Below, one piece after another: positions 44,510-53,809 of a stretch of 64,000 nt of DNA (position 1 is the stretch's first letter; each line of letters begins with the position of its first letter). The DNA is from a virus (taxonomy: Duplodnaviria; Caudoviricetes). A program made the position numbers and the translations under genes. The DNA is taken from positions 1 to 64,000 of IMG/VR virus record IMGVR_UViG_3300047447_000196; one strand, given 5' to 3'. The notes below the pieces were generated by a model. The model saw nothing but the letters and a program-made list of their open reading frames with translations, was not told the origin of the DNA and did no database searches.

Positions 44510-44829
44510 TGCGCCCCGCCCGCGAGCTGGGCATGCAGGCCGCCATCGCCCACGCTGGCGACGACTGGCGCGATCAGGCGACCCGCGAATTGGTCCGGTT
44601 CGCGCGCGAGCACGGCGCCGCGTTCCTGGTCGAGGCGGCGCGGCACGCCGCAGCGGAACGGGGCCTGGAAGCGCCGCCGGACAGCCGCGCCTGGGGCGCC
44701 GTGACCAAACGGGCGCACCGCGCCGGCCTGATCGAGCCAGCCGGGTTTGCACAAGGCTCCAACGGCAGCCCGAAACCGATGTGGCGCGCCAGCCGCTGCC
44801 GCGATTGGCCACTGCGGGAAGGCGCATGA
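44509..44829 (+). CDS. Hypothetical protein
   Basis: RAWGAVTKRAHRAGLI. Confidence 0.6.
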   Translation: MRPARELGMQAAIAHAGDDWRDQATRELVRFAREHGAAFLVEAARHAAAERGLEAPPDSRAWGAVTKRAHRAGLIEPAGFAQGSNGSPKPMWRASRCRDWPLREGA

Positions 44830-45560
44830 TCCCGGACTTCCGCATCCGCTGTTCCTCGCTGGCCACGATCATGACCGATCCGCGCTCGATCGACCCGGCC
44901 CTCCTTAGCGACCCGGAGCTGGCCGCGATCGCGGCCAAGAAGGTCAAGACCGACGAGGACAAGGCGATCCTGGCGCCGCTGTTCGACAGCAGCTTATCCA
45001 GCGGCGCCAAGACCTACCTCGACAGCCTGGCCAAGGAGTACCTGTACGGCTACAACAACGTCGTGTCCAGCAAGTACACCGAGAAGGGCCAGATCGTCGA
45101 GGACGAGTCGATCCGGCTCTACAACGAGCTGTTCTTCACCAGCTACACGAAGAACACCGAGCGCAAGGTCAACGCCTGGCTGACCGGCGAGTGCGACATC
45201 GACACCGGCGAGGAGATCATCGACATCAAGTCGTCCTGGTCGATGGTGACGTTCCCCGAGCTGCCCGAGGACGGCCACGACAACGACTACGAATGGCAGG
45301 TGCGCGGCTACATGATGCTGTGGAACCGCCCGCGCGCGAAAGTCGCGTACTGCCTGGTCGACACCCCGGACGAACTGATCGGCCGCGAGAACCCCGAGAT
45401 TCACCTGATGGACCGGCTGCCGCTCGACCTGCGCATCACGATCGTCGAGTACGAGCGCGACCGCGCCAAGGAGCAACGCATCATCCGCCGCGTCGAGGCC
45501 GCCCGCCTCTACGTGGCCGACCGCATCGAGCGCGTCCAGCTCGCCCACCGCTACCACTGA
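44826..45560 (+). CDS. PD-(D/E)xK exonuclease (lambda-exo/YqaJ-like)
   Basis: GECDI...IIDIKSSWS...YEWQVRGYMMLW. Confidence 0.8.
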   Translation: MIPDFRIRCSSLATIMTDPRSIDPALLSDPELAAIAAKKVKTDEDKAILAPLFDSSLSSGAKTYLDSLAKEYLYGYNNVVSSKYTEKGQIVEDESIRLYNELFFTSYTKNTERKVNAWLTGECDIDTGEEIIDIKSSWSMVTFPELPEDGHDNDYEWQVRGYMMLWNRPRAKVAYCLVDTPDELIGRENPEIHLMDRLPLDLRITIVEYERDRAKEQRIIRRVEAARLYVADRIERVQLAHRYH

Positions 45561-45564
45561 CCCC

Positions 45565-45906
45565 ATGAACCTGACCATCACCGTCGACAACGTCGAGCAG
45601 GCCGACCAGATCATCGAGATCCTGAGCCGCTACACCCGGTTCGAGCAGGCCGATCTCAGTCCGGCGCCGGCCGAGCAAGCGGGCAGCCGCACCCCGATCA
45701 CCGACCTCGAACTGGGCAGGCGCGCCTGCAATGTCCTGCGCAGAGCGGGCATCGAGACGATCGAGGAACTGCTTTGCTACACGCGCTGGGAACTGCGCCG
45801 CATGCCCAACGTGGGCGTGCACACCGTGGACGAAATCACCGAAGTGCTCAGCGACCGCGGCCTGTCGCTGGGCCAGCCGTACCGCCGCATCCTCATCCCT
45901 ACCTGA
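45565..45906 (+). CDS. RNA polymerase alpha-CTD-like protein
   Basis: [27 protein letters not shown]...[24 protein letters not shown]. Confidence 0.82.
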   Translation: MNLTITVDNVEQADQIIEILSRYTRFEQADLSPAPAEQAGSRTPITDLELGRRACNVLRRAGIETIEELLCYTRWELRRMPNVGVHTVDEITEVLSDRGLSLGQPYRRILIPT

Positions 45907-45925
45907 AAGAAAGGAATCCCTAGAC

Positions 45926-46366
45926 ATGGCATCCGTAAACAAGGTCCTGATCATTGGCAACCTCGGCCGCGACCCCGAAATGCGCTACATGCCCAGCGGC
46001 GATGCGATCGCCAACATCGCCGTGGCCACCTCGTACAAGAGCAAGGACAAGCAGACCGGCGAGGCCAAGGAGCTGACCGAGTGGCACCGGATCTCGTTCT
46101 TCGGCAAGCTCGCCGAGATCGTCGGCCAGTACCTGAAAAAAGGGTCGGCGGTGTATGTCGAGGGCCGCCTGCAGACCCGCAAGTACACGGACAAGGACGG
46201 CGTCGAGCGCTACGCCACCGACATCATCGCGGAAAACATGCAGATGCTCGGCGGCCGCGGCGATGGCGCGGGACAGGGCAGCGCACCGGCCGCGCGCCCG
46301 GCGCCGCAGCAGCAGGGACGCCCGGCGGCCCAGCCGGCTTTCGATGACCAGGACGTGCCGTTCTAG
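45926..46366 (+). CDS. ssb: Single-stranded DNA-binding protein
   Basis: [18 protein letters not shown]...TEWHRI...[12 protein letters not shown]...DDQDVPF. Confidence 0.97.
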   Translation: MASVNKVLIIGNLGRDPEMRYMPSGDAIANIAVATSYKSKDKQTGEAKELTEWHRISFFGKLAEIVGQYLKKGSAVYVEGRLQTRKYTDKDGVERYATDIIAENMQMLGGRGDGAGQGSAPAARPAPQQQGRPAAQPAFDDQDVPF

Positions 46367-46375
46367 GAGGCCACC

Positions 46376-46969
46376 ATGCGCGATCTGACCCCCATCGAAC
46401 AATTCCTGTCCGAGAACCTGGCCAAGCTGTCGGCCCTGCACCGGGACCCCTTCGATTACGACGCCGCCGCCGGCTACTTCATGGCCGACGTGGCGCGCGC
46501 GGTCGCCCAGGTGCTGGGCGAATCGGCGCCGCCGGCCCGCAAGATGCAGTTCACGAACGAGTTCTACAGGGTGCTGACCTGGTTCGAGGCAGGCAACGTC
46601 GCAGAACGGCGCCTGACGCCGTTCGCGCCGCCGGCGCCGCCCCTGCCGCCGCCCGAGGAGCACCCGGCCTGGGTGCAGCAGTTCCTCCTGGACTCCGACG
46701 TCGACCTCACGCCCGCACAGATGATCGCGGCGCGCCGCACGCTGCCGCTGCGCCAGAAGGACGTGGCCAGGCAGATCAACGTCAGCCAGTGGTGGATCAG
46801 CCGCTGGGAGCTGGGCGAGGACAAGCCGACCCGCGAGCAGCTGGTCGCGCTGCGCAAGGCGCTGGAACTGCCGCCGACCGGCTTCCCGCCGGAACGCATG
46901 AACGCCCCCGAGGGCAAGCTGGTGCGCAATCCCCGGCGCCCCGACCAGGCCCCACAGCAGGCCGACTGA
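46376..46969 (+). CDS. Protein with C-terminal XRE HTH
   Basis: LRQKDVARQINVSQWWISRWELG..KPT. Confidence 0.65.
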   Translation: MRDLTPIEQFLSENLAKLSALHRDPFDYDAAAGYFMADVARAVAQVLGESAPPARKMQFTNEFYRVLTWFEAGNVAERRLTPFAPPAPPLPPPEEHPAWVQQFLLDSDVDLTPAQMIAARRTLPLRQKDVARQINVSQWWISRWELGEDKPTREQLVALRKALELPPTGFPPERMNAPEGKLVRNPRRPDQAPQQAD

Positions 46970-46980
46970 CAGGAGACCCC

Positions 46981-47334
46981 ATGAGCGAGCACAACCTGGA
47001 TGATGCCCCGGGCATCGTCTACCACCCCGAGGACGACGGCAAGCCCTGCCTGGGCTGCTTCGTCGGCGCGATCTTCGATTCGCTGACCGAGACCGACCTG
47101 GTCAACCTGCCGACCGCCGTCGACGACATGGACGGCGTGGAGGACGAGGACCCGCGCGACGTCGAATTCGCGCGCAAGCTCGGCGCGACCTTCGCCATCG
47201 TCGCCGACAAGCTGGCCGCGCTGGCGGTGCAGCTGGTGGGCGACGACGCCGAGGTGCTGATCGAGCCGTTCCACGAACGCCTGGACCACATGATCGTGCT
47301 GATCAACTCCAAAGGAGAAGGCCATGTCCACTGA
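46981..47334 (+). CDS. Acidic hypothetical protein (paralog of next)
   Basis: GKPCLGCF...LGATFA..AD. Confidence 0.65.
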   Translation: MSEHNLDDAPGIVYHPEDDGKPCLGCFVGAIFDSLTETDLVNLPTAVDDMDGVEDEDPRDVEFARKLGATFAIVADKLAALAVQLVGDDAEVLIEPFHERLDHMIVLINSKGEGHVH

Positions 47335-47722
47335 CCTGCACTGCCCGAGCTTTCACAGCGGCTTCTTCGTGCGCCACGAGAAAGGCGGCCACCCGGAAGA
47401 CCTGGTCACGATCGAGCGCGACGACAACGGCATGCCGTGCTTCGCCTGCTTCTTCGAGGCCATGTTCGAGTCGCTGCCCCTCGACAAGTACAAGGAGCTG
47501 GCCAGGATCGACGTCAGCGGCCTGGAAGACGACATCGGGGCGCTCGCGGTGCGTACCGGCGCGACGTTCGCCTACTTGGCCGACGCGATCGCCTGGGTGC
47601 TGGCGCGCGGCCTGTCGGTCCCGGAGGAGACCGTGCCGCTGCTGGTCGACCGCCTGTACAAGGCCATCAAGATCGCGGTCGACGACATGCAGGCGGAAGG
47701 CGTGGAGCCGCTGGTTCGCTGA
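47324..47722 (+). CDS. Acidic hypothetical protein (paralog of previous)
   Basis: GMPCFACF...TGATFA..AD. Confidence 0.65.
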   Translation: MSTDLHCPSFHSGFFVRHEKGGHPEDLVTIERDDNGMPCFACFFEAMFESLPLDKYKELARIDVSGLEDDIGALAVRTGATFAYLADAIAWVLARGLSVPEETVPLLVDRLYKAIKIAVDDMQAEGVEPLVR

Positions 47723-48114
47723 TGCAGCGCCTGTTCGTCCTGCGCGAAGCCGCGCACCTGGCCAGCCTGGTCGCGTTCCTGGGCGCGAACTGGCAGGCCT
47801 TCGCGCGCGAGGGCAGGTTCCTTGCCGTGACGGTCACGCTATATAAGAGCAAACGTTCGCTCGACCAGAACCGGCGCTATTTCGGGCCGGCCGTCCTCGG
47901 CGCGATCGAGGAACAGGCCTGGATCGACGGGCGCCAGTACAGCAAAGAGGTGTGGCACGAGCAGTTCAAACGCCAGTTCATCGGCACCATCGACCTGCCG
48001 GACGGCTCGACGATGGCCATGTCCTCGACCGACCTGTCGGTCGAGGAGTTCAGCCGGTTCATGCAGGAGGTCGAAGTCTACGCCGCCAGCATGCTCGGCG
48101 TGCAGTTCCCCTGA
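47722..48114 (+). CDS. ninB: NinB-family recombination protein
   Basis: KRSLDQNRRY...EVWHEQFK...SSTDLSVEEFSRFMQEVE..A. Confidence 0.8.
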   Translation: MQRLFVLREAAHLASLVAFLGANWQAFAREGRFLAVTVTLYKSKRSLDQNRRYFGPAVLGAIEEQAWIDGRQYSKEVWHEQFKRQFIGTIDLPDGSTMAMSSTDLSVEEFSRFMQEVEVYAASMLGVQFP

Positions 48115-48132
48115 AACCCTATAGGAGGTCCC

Positions 48133-48390
48133 ATGCCCCGCAAGAAACCCGACCCGCGCCAACAGAACGCCAACAACCTGCTCGACAAGCTGCTCGAAGT
48201 CCTGGGCTGCAAGAACGACGCCGCCATGTGCCGCGTGATGTCGATCGCGCCGCCGGTGATCAGCAAGATGCGCCACCTGCACCTGCCGGTGTCGGCCAAC
48301 TTCCTGATCGCCGCGCACGACGCCAGCGGCCTGTCGATCAACGAGCTGCGCGCGCTGCTGTACGCGCCGCTCGAGACCGCCCCGGCCTGA
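48133..48390 (+). CDS. Small HTH-like protein
   Basis: KNDAAMCRVMSIAPPVISKMRH. Confidence 0.6.
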   Translation: MPRKKPDPRQQNANNLLDKLLEVLGCKNDAAMCRVMSIAPPVISKMRHLHLPVSANFLIAAHDASGLSINELRALLYAPLETAPA

Positions 48391-48944
48391 TGGGCGAGAG
48401 CAGCCTGCCGGCACGGCGTGTCATCACGATCGTGCCCGTCACCGACCTGGCCCTGGTGCAGCGCGCGGCCGAAATGACCACGCACGGCCAGCCGGTCAAG
48501 GCCCCGCTCAAGGCCTGGTATCGCACCGAGCACAGCCCAATCCGGGCGCGCGTGTTCTGGATCGAGCTGGCCGCGATCCCGACCTTCGTGTCGGTCCACC
48601 TGGTCCGGCACAAGCATGGTGTCGAGCACTTCGTGCAGAGCATGCGCGACGACCGCGGCGGGGCGGGCGATGATGTCGTCAACCGCAACACCCCAGTCAA
48701 CCACGGCATGCTGGTCAACGCCCAGGCCCTCATCACCATGAGCCGAAAACGCCTGTGCTACAACGCCTCCGGCAAGACGGTCGCCACCTGGCGCCGCGTG
48801 CGCAAGGAAATGATCGAGGTCGACGCCGACCTGGCGCGCTACATGGTGCCCGAGTGCGTCTACCGCAACGGCATCTGCCCGGAGTTCAGGGAGTGCAAGC
48901 CGGGCCTTGAACGGGTATTGCGGGCCTACCGCGAGCATGGCTGA
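48390..48944 (+). CDS. ThyX-like (flavin-dependent thymidylate synthase-related) protein
   Basis: EHSPIR...HLVRHK...VQSMR...NAQALI.MSRKRLC...VPECVYR.G.CPE. Confidence 0.6.
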   Translation: MGESSLPARRVITIVPVTDLALVQRAAEMTTHGQPVKAPLKAWYRTEHSPIRARVFWIELAAIPTFVSVHLVRHKHGVEHFVQSMRDDRGGAGDDVVNRNTPVNHGMLVNAQALITMSRKRLCYNASGKTVATWRRVRKEMIEVDADLARYMVPECVYRNGICPEFRECKPGLERVLRAYREHG

Positions 48945-48951
48945 GAGAGGG

Positions 48952-48974
48952 GGGGTGTAATAGTATTACACCCC
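48952..48974. promoter_or_regulatory. parS-like/operator palindrome upstream of parA
   Basis: GGGGTGTAATA-G-TATTACACCCC, 11-bp arms. Confidence 0.7.
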
Positions 48975-49047
48975 TCGTTTTATCCAAGTGGTAATTTTCG
49001 CTGATCCGTGGGATAATTTCCTTTTCCCAACCACGGAGCAGTGAAAA

Positions 49048-49860
49048 ATGGCGAAAACCGCAGCGGTGGTCAACCACAAGGGCGGCGTCAACAAGACGTT
49101 CGTTGTCACCTCCGGGGCGGACGCCCTGGCGCGCGAAGGGCTGGACGTGCTGGTGGTCGACCTCGATCCGCAGGCGCACGCGACGGCCCTGATCTACAGC
49201 TTCACCGAAGTGCCAAAGGTGCCGGTCGAGCGCGTGCTGGCTGGCCAGGCCTCGATCGCCGAGGCGATCATTACCGAGACCCGGATTCCGGGCGTGCACC
49301 TGCTCGGCTCGACGCTGAAACTGGCGAACCTGGAACGTGAGCTGCTGTACGCGAACCCGTTCAACGCCACGCGCCTGCTGGCCGAGAAGCTGGCCTTGGT
49401 GGCCGACGCCTACGACGTGATCCTGATCGACTGTCCGCCGTCGCTGGGCCTGCTCAGCGCCAACGCGCTGGCCAGTGCCGACATGGTGATGGTGCCGGTC
49501 GAATCCGGCTCGAAGCTGTCCCTGATCGGTTCGGACGACATCCTGGGCTTCATCCGCCAGGCCAAGACCATCAACCAGAAGCTGCAGTTCGGCGGCGCGA
49601 TCCTCACCAAGCACGATGGCCGCAAGCAGGTGTGCCGGATCGTCGCCAACGAGGTCAAGGCCTGCTTCGGCGACGTGTTCGAGACGGCGCTGCCGGAAAG
49701 CACCGACGTCAGGAAGGCGCAGCTGATCGGCAAGACCATCCTGCAGCTGGACAAGGACCACACCGTCTCGCGCGTGACCGTGCGGCTGATGCGCGAGCTG
49801 ATGGGCAAGCTGGACATTGTCGCGCGCCGCAAGCAGGAGGAGCTGGCCCATGCCGAGTAA
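49048..49860 (+). CDS. parA: ParA partition ATPase
   Basis: NHKGGVNKT, VLVVDLDPQAHAT, YDVILIDCPPSLG. Confidence 0.93.
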   Translation: MAKTAAVVNHKGGVNKTFVVTSGADALAREGLDVLVVDLDPQAHATALIYSFTEVPKVPVERVLAGQASIAEAIITETRIPGVHLLGSTLKLANLERELLYANPFNATRLLAEKLALVADAYDVILIDCPPSLGLLSANALASADMVMVPVESGSKLSLIGSDDILGFIRQAKTINQKLQFGGAILTKHDGRKQVCRIVANEVKACFGDVFETALPESTDVRKAQLIGKTILQLDKDHTVSRVTVRLMRELMGKLDIVARRKQEELAHAE

Positions 49861-50752
49861 GCTGGAAAAGGAACTGATGGCCGGCGCCGCCGACCGCCGC
49901 ACCCCGGAACAGGTCGACACCCTGCTCGCGGGCACCATTTTCGGCAAGATGGGCAACGACACGGTGCCGCCGCAGCTGCTCAAACTGACCTCGCTGGTCG
50001 CCTCGCGCTTCCAGAGCCGCGGCAGCAAGGACAAGGCGCACATCGAGGTGCTGGCCGAGAGCATCCGCACCGAGGGCCTGCACGACCCGATCATCGTGCG
50101 CCCGGTCGCGGCCCCGGAGGGGTGTAATAGTATTACACCCTGGTTCGAGATCGTGGCCGGCCACAACCGGGTCGACGCCTACAAGGCGCTGGGCTGGACC
50201 GAGATCCCCGCGTTCGTGCGCAACTACAGCGACACCGAGGCGGCGCGCACGCTGACCACCGAGAACACCCACCGCAAGGGCCTGGACGACTGGGAGCTGT
50301 ACAAGCACATGGTCATGCTGCGCGAGGCCGGCGTGGCCACCACCAGTACCGAACTGGGCCGCCTGCTCAACGTCAACCGCGTCGTGGTCACGTACCTTGA
50401 CGCCTTTGGCGTGCTGCCCGAGGCCGCGCAGCAGCTGCTCGATGCCCATTTCAACCTGGTCGGCTACAACCTGGCGCAAAAGCTCAAGCCGTACTGCCCG
50501 CAGCATGCGCTGCTGGTGTTCGATGCCCTGGTCCTGCTGGCCAAGGGCAAGCTGACGCAGGCCGGCGTGCCGGCGTGGATCGAGGAGAAGGCCAACCCGC
50601 GCGCGACCAAACCGAGGAAGGACCTCGAGCTGGGCGGCGGCGTGCGCCTGATCGTCACCGCCGACACCGCCCGCTTTTCCGGCAATCTCGACTTCGACGC
50701 CCTGCACAAGCTGGTCGAGGAGAACTTGCCGCGGCTGCTTAAAAGTCACTAA
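49850..50752 (+). CDS. parB: ParB partition protein
   Basis: FQSR, LAESIRTEGLHDPIIVRP, EIVAGHNRVDAYKALG, ENTHRKGL, HTH. Confidence 0.9.
   Translation: MPSKLEKELMAGAADRRTPEQVDTLLAGTIFGKMGNDTVPPQLLKLTSLVASRFQSRGSKDKAHIEVLAESIRTEGLHDPIIVRPVAAPEGCNSITPWFEIVAGHNRVDAYKALGWTEIPAFVRNYSDTEAARTLTTENTHRKGLDDWELYKHMVMLREAGVATTSTELGRLLNVNRVVVTYLDAFGVLPEAAQQLLDAHFNLVGYNLAQKLKPYCPQHALLVFDALVLLAKGKLTQAGVPAWIEEKANPRATKPRKDLELGGGVRLIVTADTARFSGNLDFDALHKLVEENLPRLLKSH
50120..50140. promoter_or_regulatory. Second parS-like palindrome inside parB
   Basis: GGGTGTAATA-G-TATTACACCC, identical to the core at 48953-48973. Confidence 0.7.
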
Positions 50753-50853
50753 AAGTCACACATTCTCACGCTACGCGCGACACATAAAAACGCTTGCGGT
50801 CATTGATAACACTCAATAATAATGATGTATGTTCCATACCGTCAATTACAACC

Positions 50854-51225
50854 ATGATCAAAGTCCCTGAACGTTTTCGCGTCACCAGCGGCACCTACGG
50901 CACCACCAGCGAGGCCGGCTGCAACGGCCTGTTCATGGTCAAGCTCGCGCGCAACCAGACGCTGCGCGTGATCTGCTCGGACAAACTTGGTTGGGAGCAT
51001 GTGTCGGTCTCGCGCCAGGACCGTTGCCCGACGTGGGAAGAAATGTGCGCGGTAAAGGAATTGTTCTGGGACCCGGAGGACACGGTGATGCAGCTGCATG
51101 TGCCGCGCTCGTCATGGATCTCGAACCACTCGTTCTGCCTTCATCTTTGGCGGCCGCTCGACCTCGAGATCCCGCGCCCGCCGGACATCTTCGTCGGCGT
51201 GGCCAGCCTGGGCACCATCAAATGA
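50854..51225 (+). CDS. Phage hypothetical protein
   Basis: GWEHVSVSR.DRCPTWEEMC.VKELFW...CLHLWRP. Confidence 0.75.
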   Translation: MIKVPERFRVTSGTYGTTSEAGCNGLFMVKLARNQTLRVICSDKLGWEHVSVSRQDRCPTWEEMCAVKELFWDPEDTVMQLHVPRSSWISNHSFCLHLWRPLDLEIPRPPDIFVGVASLGTIK

Positions 51226-51374
51226 ACATCCCCGAACCCGACGTCGACATGACGCTCACCATGCCCTGGCCCTTGATCTGCCGGCTGGCCTGCCAGGCGC
51301 GCGTGCGCGGCATCAGCCTGGGCCAGCTGGTCGGCGAAGCGCTGGCCGAGCATCTGGCGCGGAGCGCGGCATGA
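51222..51374 (+). CDS. Small ribbon-helix-helix-like protein
   Basis: LACQARVRGISLGQLVGEALAE. Confidence 0.45.
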   Translation: MNIPEPDVDMTLTMPWPLICRLACQARVRGISLGQLVGEALAEHLARSAA

Positions 51375-51793
51375 GCGACGACCAGCTGGAGCGCATGCGC
51401 CGCATCGCCTACCTGCACGGCGTAGTCGCGGTGCTGATCGACGAGCTGGACCGGATCTACAAGCCCGGCCGCTTCATCCTCTGGCAGATGCTGGAGAACG
51501 GGCGCGGCAAGCGCCTGCTGTTCCAGGCAGACGCGGTGCTGTCCGAGATCGCGCGCCTGGAAGGCGTCGAGCGCACGCCGCTTGAGCCGATCAGCGTCAG
51601 GATGCCATGGTTCCACCCGCTGACCTGGCTGGGCCTGCAGTGGGGACTCGGAATCTTCCAGGCCTACATGGCGATCGACTACGCGCTGGACGGGCGCTGG
51701 GGCTGGGCCGCGTTCAACGCCAGCGGCGTGCTGGCCTGCCTGTGCTGGCGCCTGCCCTCATTCAAACTGGCCAAACAAGGAAGATGGATATGA
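51371..51793 (+). CDS. Putative membrane protein
   Basis: Two hydrophobic/aromatic C-terminal segments. Confidence 0.55.
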   Translation: MSDDQLERMRRIAYLHGVVAVLIDELDRIYKPGRFILWQMLENGRGKRLLFQADAVLSEIARLEGVERTPLEPISVRMPWFHPLTWLGLQWGLGIFQAYMAIDYALDGRWGWAAFNASGVLACLCWRLPSFKLAKQGRWI

Positions 51794-52074
51794 CGCACGA
51801 ATTCATGACACGCAAGCTGGCCAAGAAGGAGCACGAGTTCCTGATCGCCGTGGTCGACCTGGCGCAGAAGCACGGCCTGTCGCCGGCCGATGCGCTGCCG
51901 CTGTTCGGCCACGTCGCGCGCATGGCCGCGATGAGCCGGCACCAACGGCACGGCACCCCACTGGACGAGGCGACCATCACCGCGCTCGAAATGGTGCTGG
52001 CCGGCGCCGGCGCGGTCGCCGACCGCATCATGCTGGCCGACCCCGCCACCACCCCCGAAAGGAACGCGCACTGA
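51790..52074 (+). CDS. Small helical protein (family copy 1)
   Basis: VVDLAQKHGLSP...LFGHVAR. Confidence 0.65.
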   Translation: MTHEFMTRKLAKKEHEFLIAVVDLAQKHGLSPADALPLFGHVARMAAMSRHQRHGTPLDEATITALEMVLAGAGAVADRIMLADPATTPERNAH

Positions 52075-52394
52075 TGAACAAGAAAAAAGAACGCACCCCC
52101 CACGAGCTGGCCGAGGACGCGCAGAAGTTCCTGGAAGCGATCGCCGACCAGATGAAGCGCCTGGAGATCCAGCCGGGCCTGGTGTTCAGCCTGTTCGGCT
52201 ACTTCGCGCGCAGCATGGTCGACTACAAGGTCGACGAGGAAGGCGTCGACCGCGACCAGATCACCATCGCGGTCCTGAAGGACTTCACCAATGGCCTCGG
52301 GGTCAAGGGCGGCTTCGTCGAGATGCGCGGCGAAATGGCCGAGCAGGTCAAGGCGCAGTTCGAGCGGCAGCACGACGACAAACCACTACAGTGA
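52074..52394 (+). CDS. Small helical protein (family copy 2)
   Basis: FLEAI...LFGYFAR...GLG. Confidence 0.65.
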   Translation: MNKKKERTPHELAEDAQKFLEAIADQMKRLEIQPGLVFSLFGYFARSMVDYKVDEEGVDRDQITIAVLKDFTNGLGVKGGFVEMRGEMAEQVKAQFERQHDDKPLQ

Positions 52395-52401
52395 GGACAC
52401 C

Positions 52402-52887
52402 ATGAACGATGGAATGATTGTCTCGCGCTGGATCATCGGCGCGACCTGCGACGACGAGCACCTGGCCAAGATCCGCGAGGCCAACCCGGACATGCCGCCG
52501 CACGCCGTGGTGAGCCTGTCGGTGATGGAGACGACCGCCTCGCGCGGCGCGCGTTCCAGGCGCGTGCTGTGCTGCTGGGCCGGGGGCGATGTCACGGACA
52601 AGGGCGAGATCCTGATCTCGCTGATCGGCGAGGCGGCCGTCAACGCCCTCATGCGCCTGCCGGCCTGCATGGACGACCAGCTGACCAAGAAGGGCACGCT
52701 GGTGTTCCGCCAGGTGAAACTCGGCAAGACGCCGCTGCGCGACAAGGTGATCGACGCGGTGCTGGAAGCCAAGCCGGGCGAGCGCCTGTGCTTCATCGGC
52801 GACCTGGCCAAGGAACTCGACGGGCAGATGGCGCCGACCTTCAACATCATGGACGGCGAACCGATCATTTTGGAGGACAACCTGTGA
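52402..52887 (+). CDS. Hypothetical protein
   Basis: GAGGA RBS; LCFIGDLAKELDG. Confidence 0.65.
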   Translation: MNDGMIVSRWIIGATCDDEHLAKIREANPDMPPHAVVSLSVMETTASRGARSRRVLCCWAGGDVTDKGEILISLIGEAAVNALMRLPACMDDQLTKKGTLVFRQVKLGKTPLRDKVIDAVLEAKPGERLCFIGDLAKELDGQMAPTFNIMDGEPIILEDNL

Positions 52888-53135
52888 TGAGCGGACCACG
52901 CCCCGAGGTCGAGAGGAAGTTCGGCTCCGACGTGATCGACCTGGCGCAGGCCGCCGGCATGTCGCCGGAGCAGATGCTGGTGGCGTTCGGCCGCATGGCC
53001 CGGCATGTCGCGCAGCTGCAGGTCGAGGACGGCCGCACGCACGGCGACGCGATGCACCAGGTGCTCAGCCAGCTGATGATCGGCCTGGGCTTCCACATGG
53101 AGAAGATCGACGGCGACGAGGGGCCAGTCCATTGA
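52887..53135 (+). CDS. Small helical protein (family copy 3)
   Basis: VIDLAQAAGMSP...AFGRMAR...GLG. Confidence 0.65.
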   Translation: MSGPRPEVERKFGSDVIDLAQAAGMSPEQMLVAFGRMARHVAQLQVEDGRTHGDAMHQVLSQLMIGLGFHMEKIDGDEGPVH

Positions 53136-53307
53136 ACCCGGTCCTGCAAACCAAGCTACTGCTCATCGTGGTCCTGGCCGGCGCCGTGATCTCGACCGCC
53201 GCATGGCAGTGGACCGGCGCCTGGGCCAGCGTGGCCACCTTCGGCGGCGCACTGGCGGCCGGCATGGCGGCCGGGCGTGTCACCCGCATCGTGATCCGGG
53301 CCACCGA

Positions 53308-53541
53308 ATGAGCGGGCTGAACCTGCTGTCCGTCTGGACCGTCTACGACCACCCGAAAGACTACCCCGACAGCTGGGTAGCGCGCCGGCATGAGGTACGG
53401 GCCGGCGGCCAGACAGTCGCCACCATGGACGCCGTGTTCGGCACCAGCCTGGACGACGTGCGCGCCAAGCTGCCGCCCGACCTGTACTGCCTGCCGCGCC
53501 AACCCGATGACGAACCCCACATTGTAGAGAGCTGGATTTGA
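53308..53541 (+). CDS. Phage hypothetical protein
   Basis: WTVYDHPKDYPDSWVARR...RQPDDEPHIVESWI. Confidence 0.7.
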   Translation: MSGLNLLSVWTVYDHPKDYPDSWVARRHEVRAGGQTVATMDAVFGTSLDDVRAKLPPDLYCLPRQPDDEPHIVESWI

Positions 53542-53807
53542 AGCCGAACGACCTGCCCATCTGCCCCGGCTGCGACGAACCGATCGCCGACACCGACCAG
53601 CTGGCCCCAAGCTATTCCCAGCCGATGCACTACGAGTGCGGCCTGCGCGCCGTGCTCGGCTCGCTCGGCCATCAGAGAAAGCGCTGTTCCTGCTATGGCG
53701 GGAACGAAGAAGACCCGCCGGGCCTGACGCGCCGGCAGGCCGCGATGGCCGCTACCTTGTACTTCCACCTGGGCCGCGTGCCCGCCGACCAACCCCTAGA
53801 CCATTAA
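53538..53807 (+). CDS. Cys/His-rich hypothetical protein
   Basis: CPGCDE...HYEC...CSC..G..EDPPG. Confidence 0.6.
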   Translation: MKPNDLPICPGCDEPIADTDQLAPSYSQPMHYECGLRAVLGSLGHQRKRCSCYGGNEEDPPGLTRRQAAMAATLYFHLGRVPADQPLDH

Positions 53808-53809
53808 AC

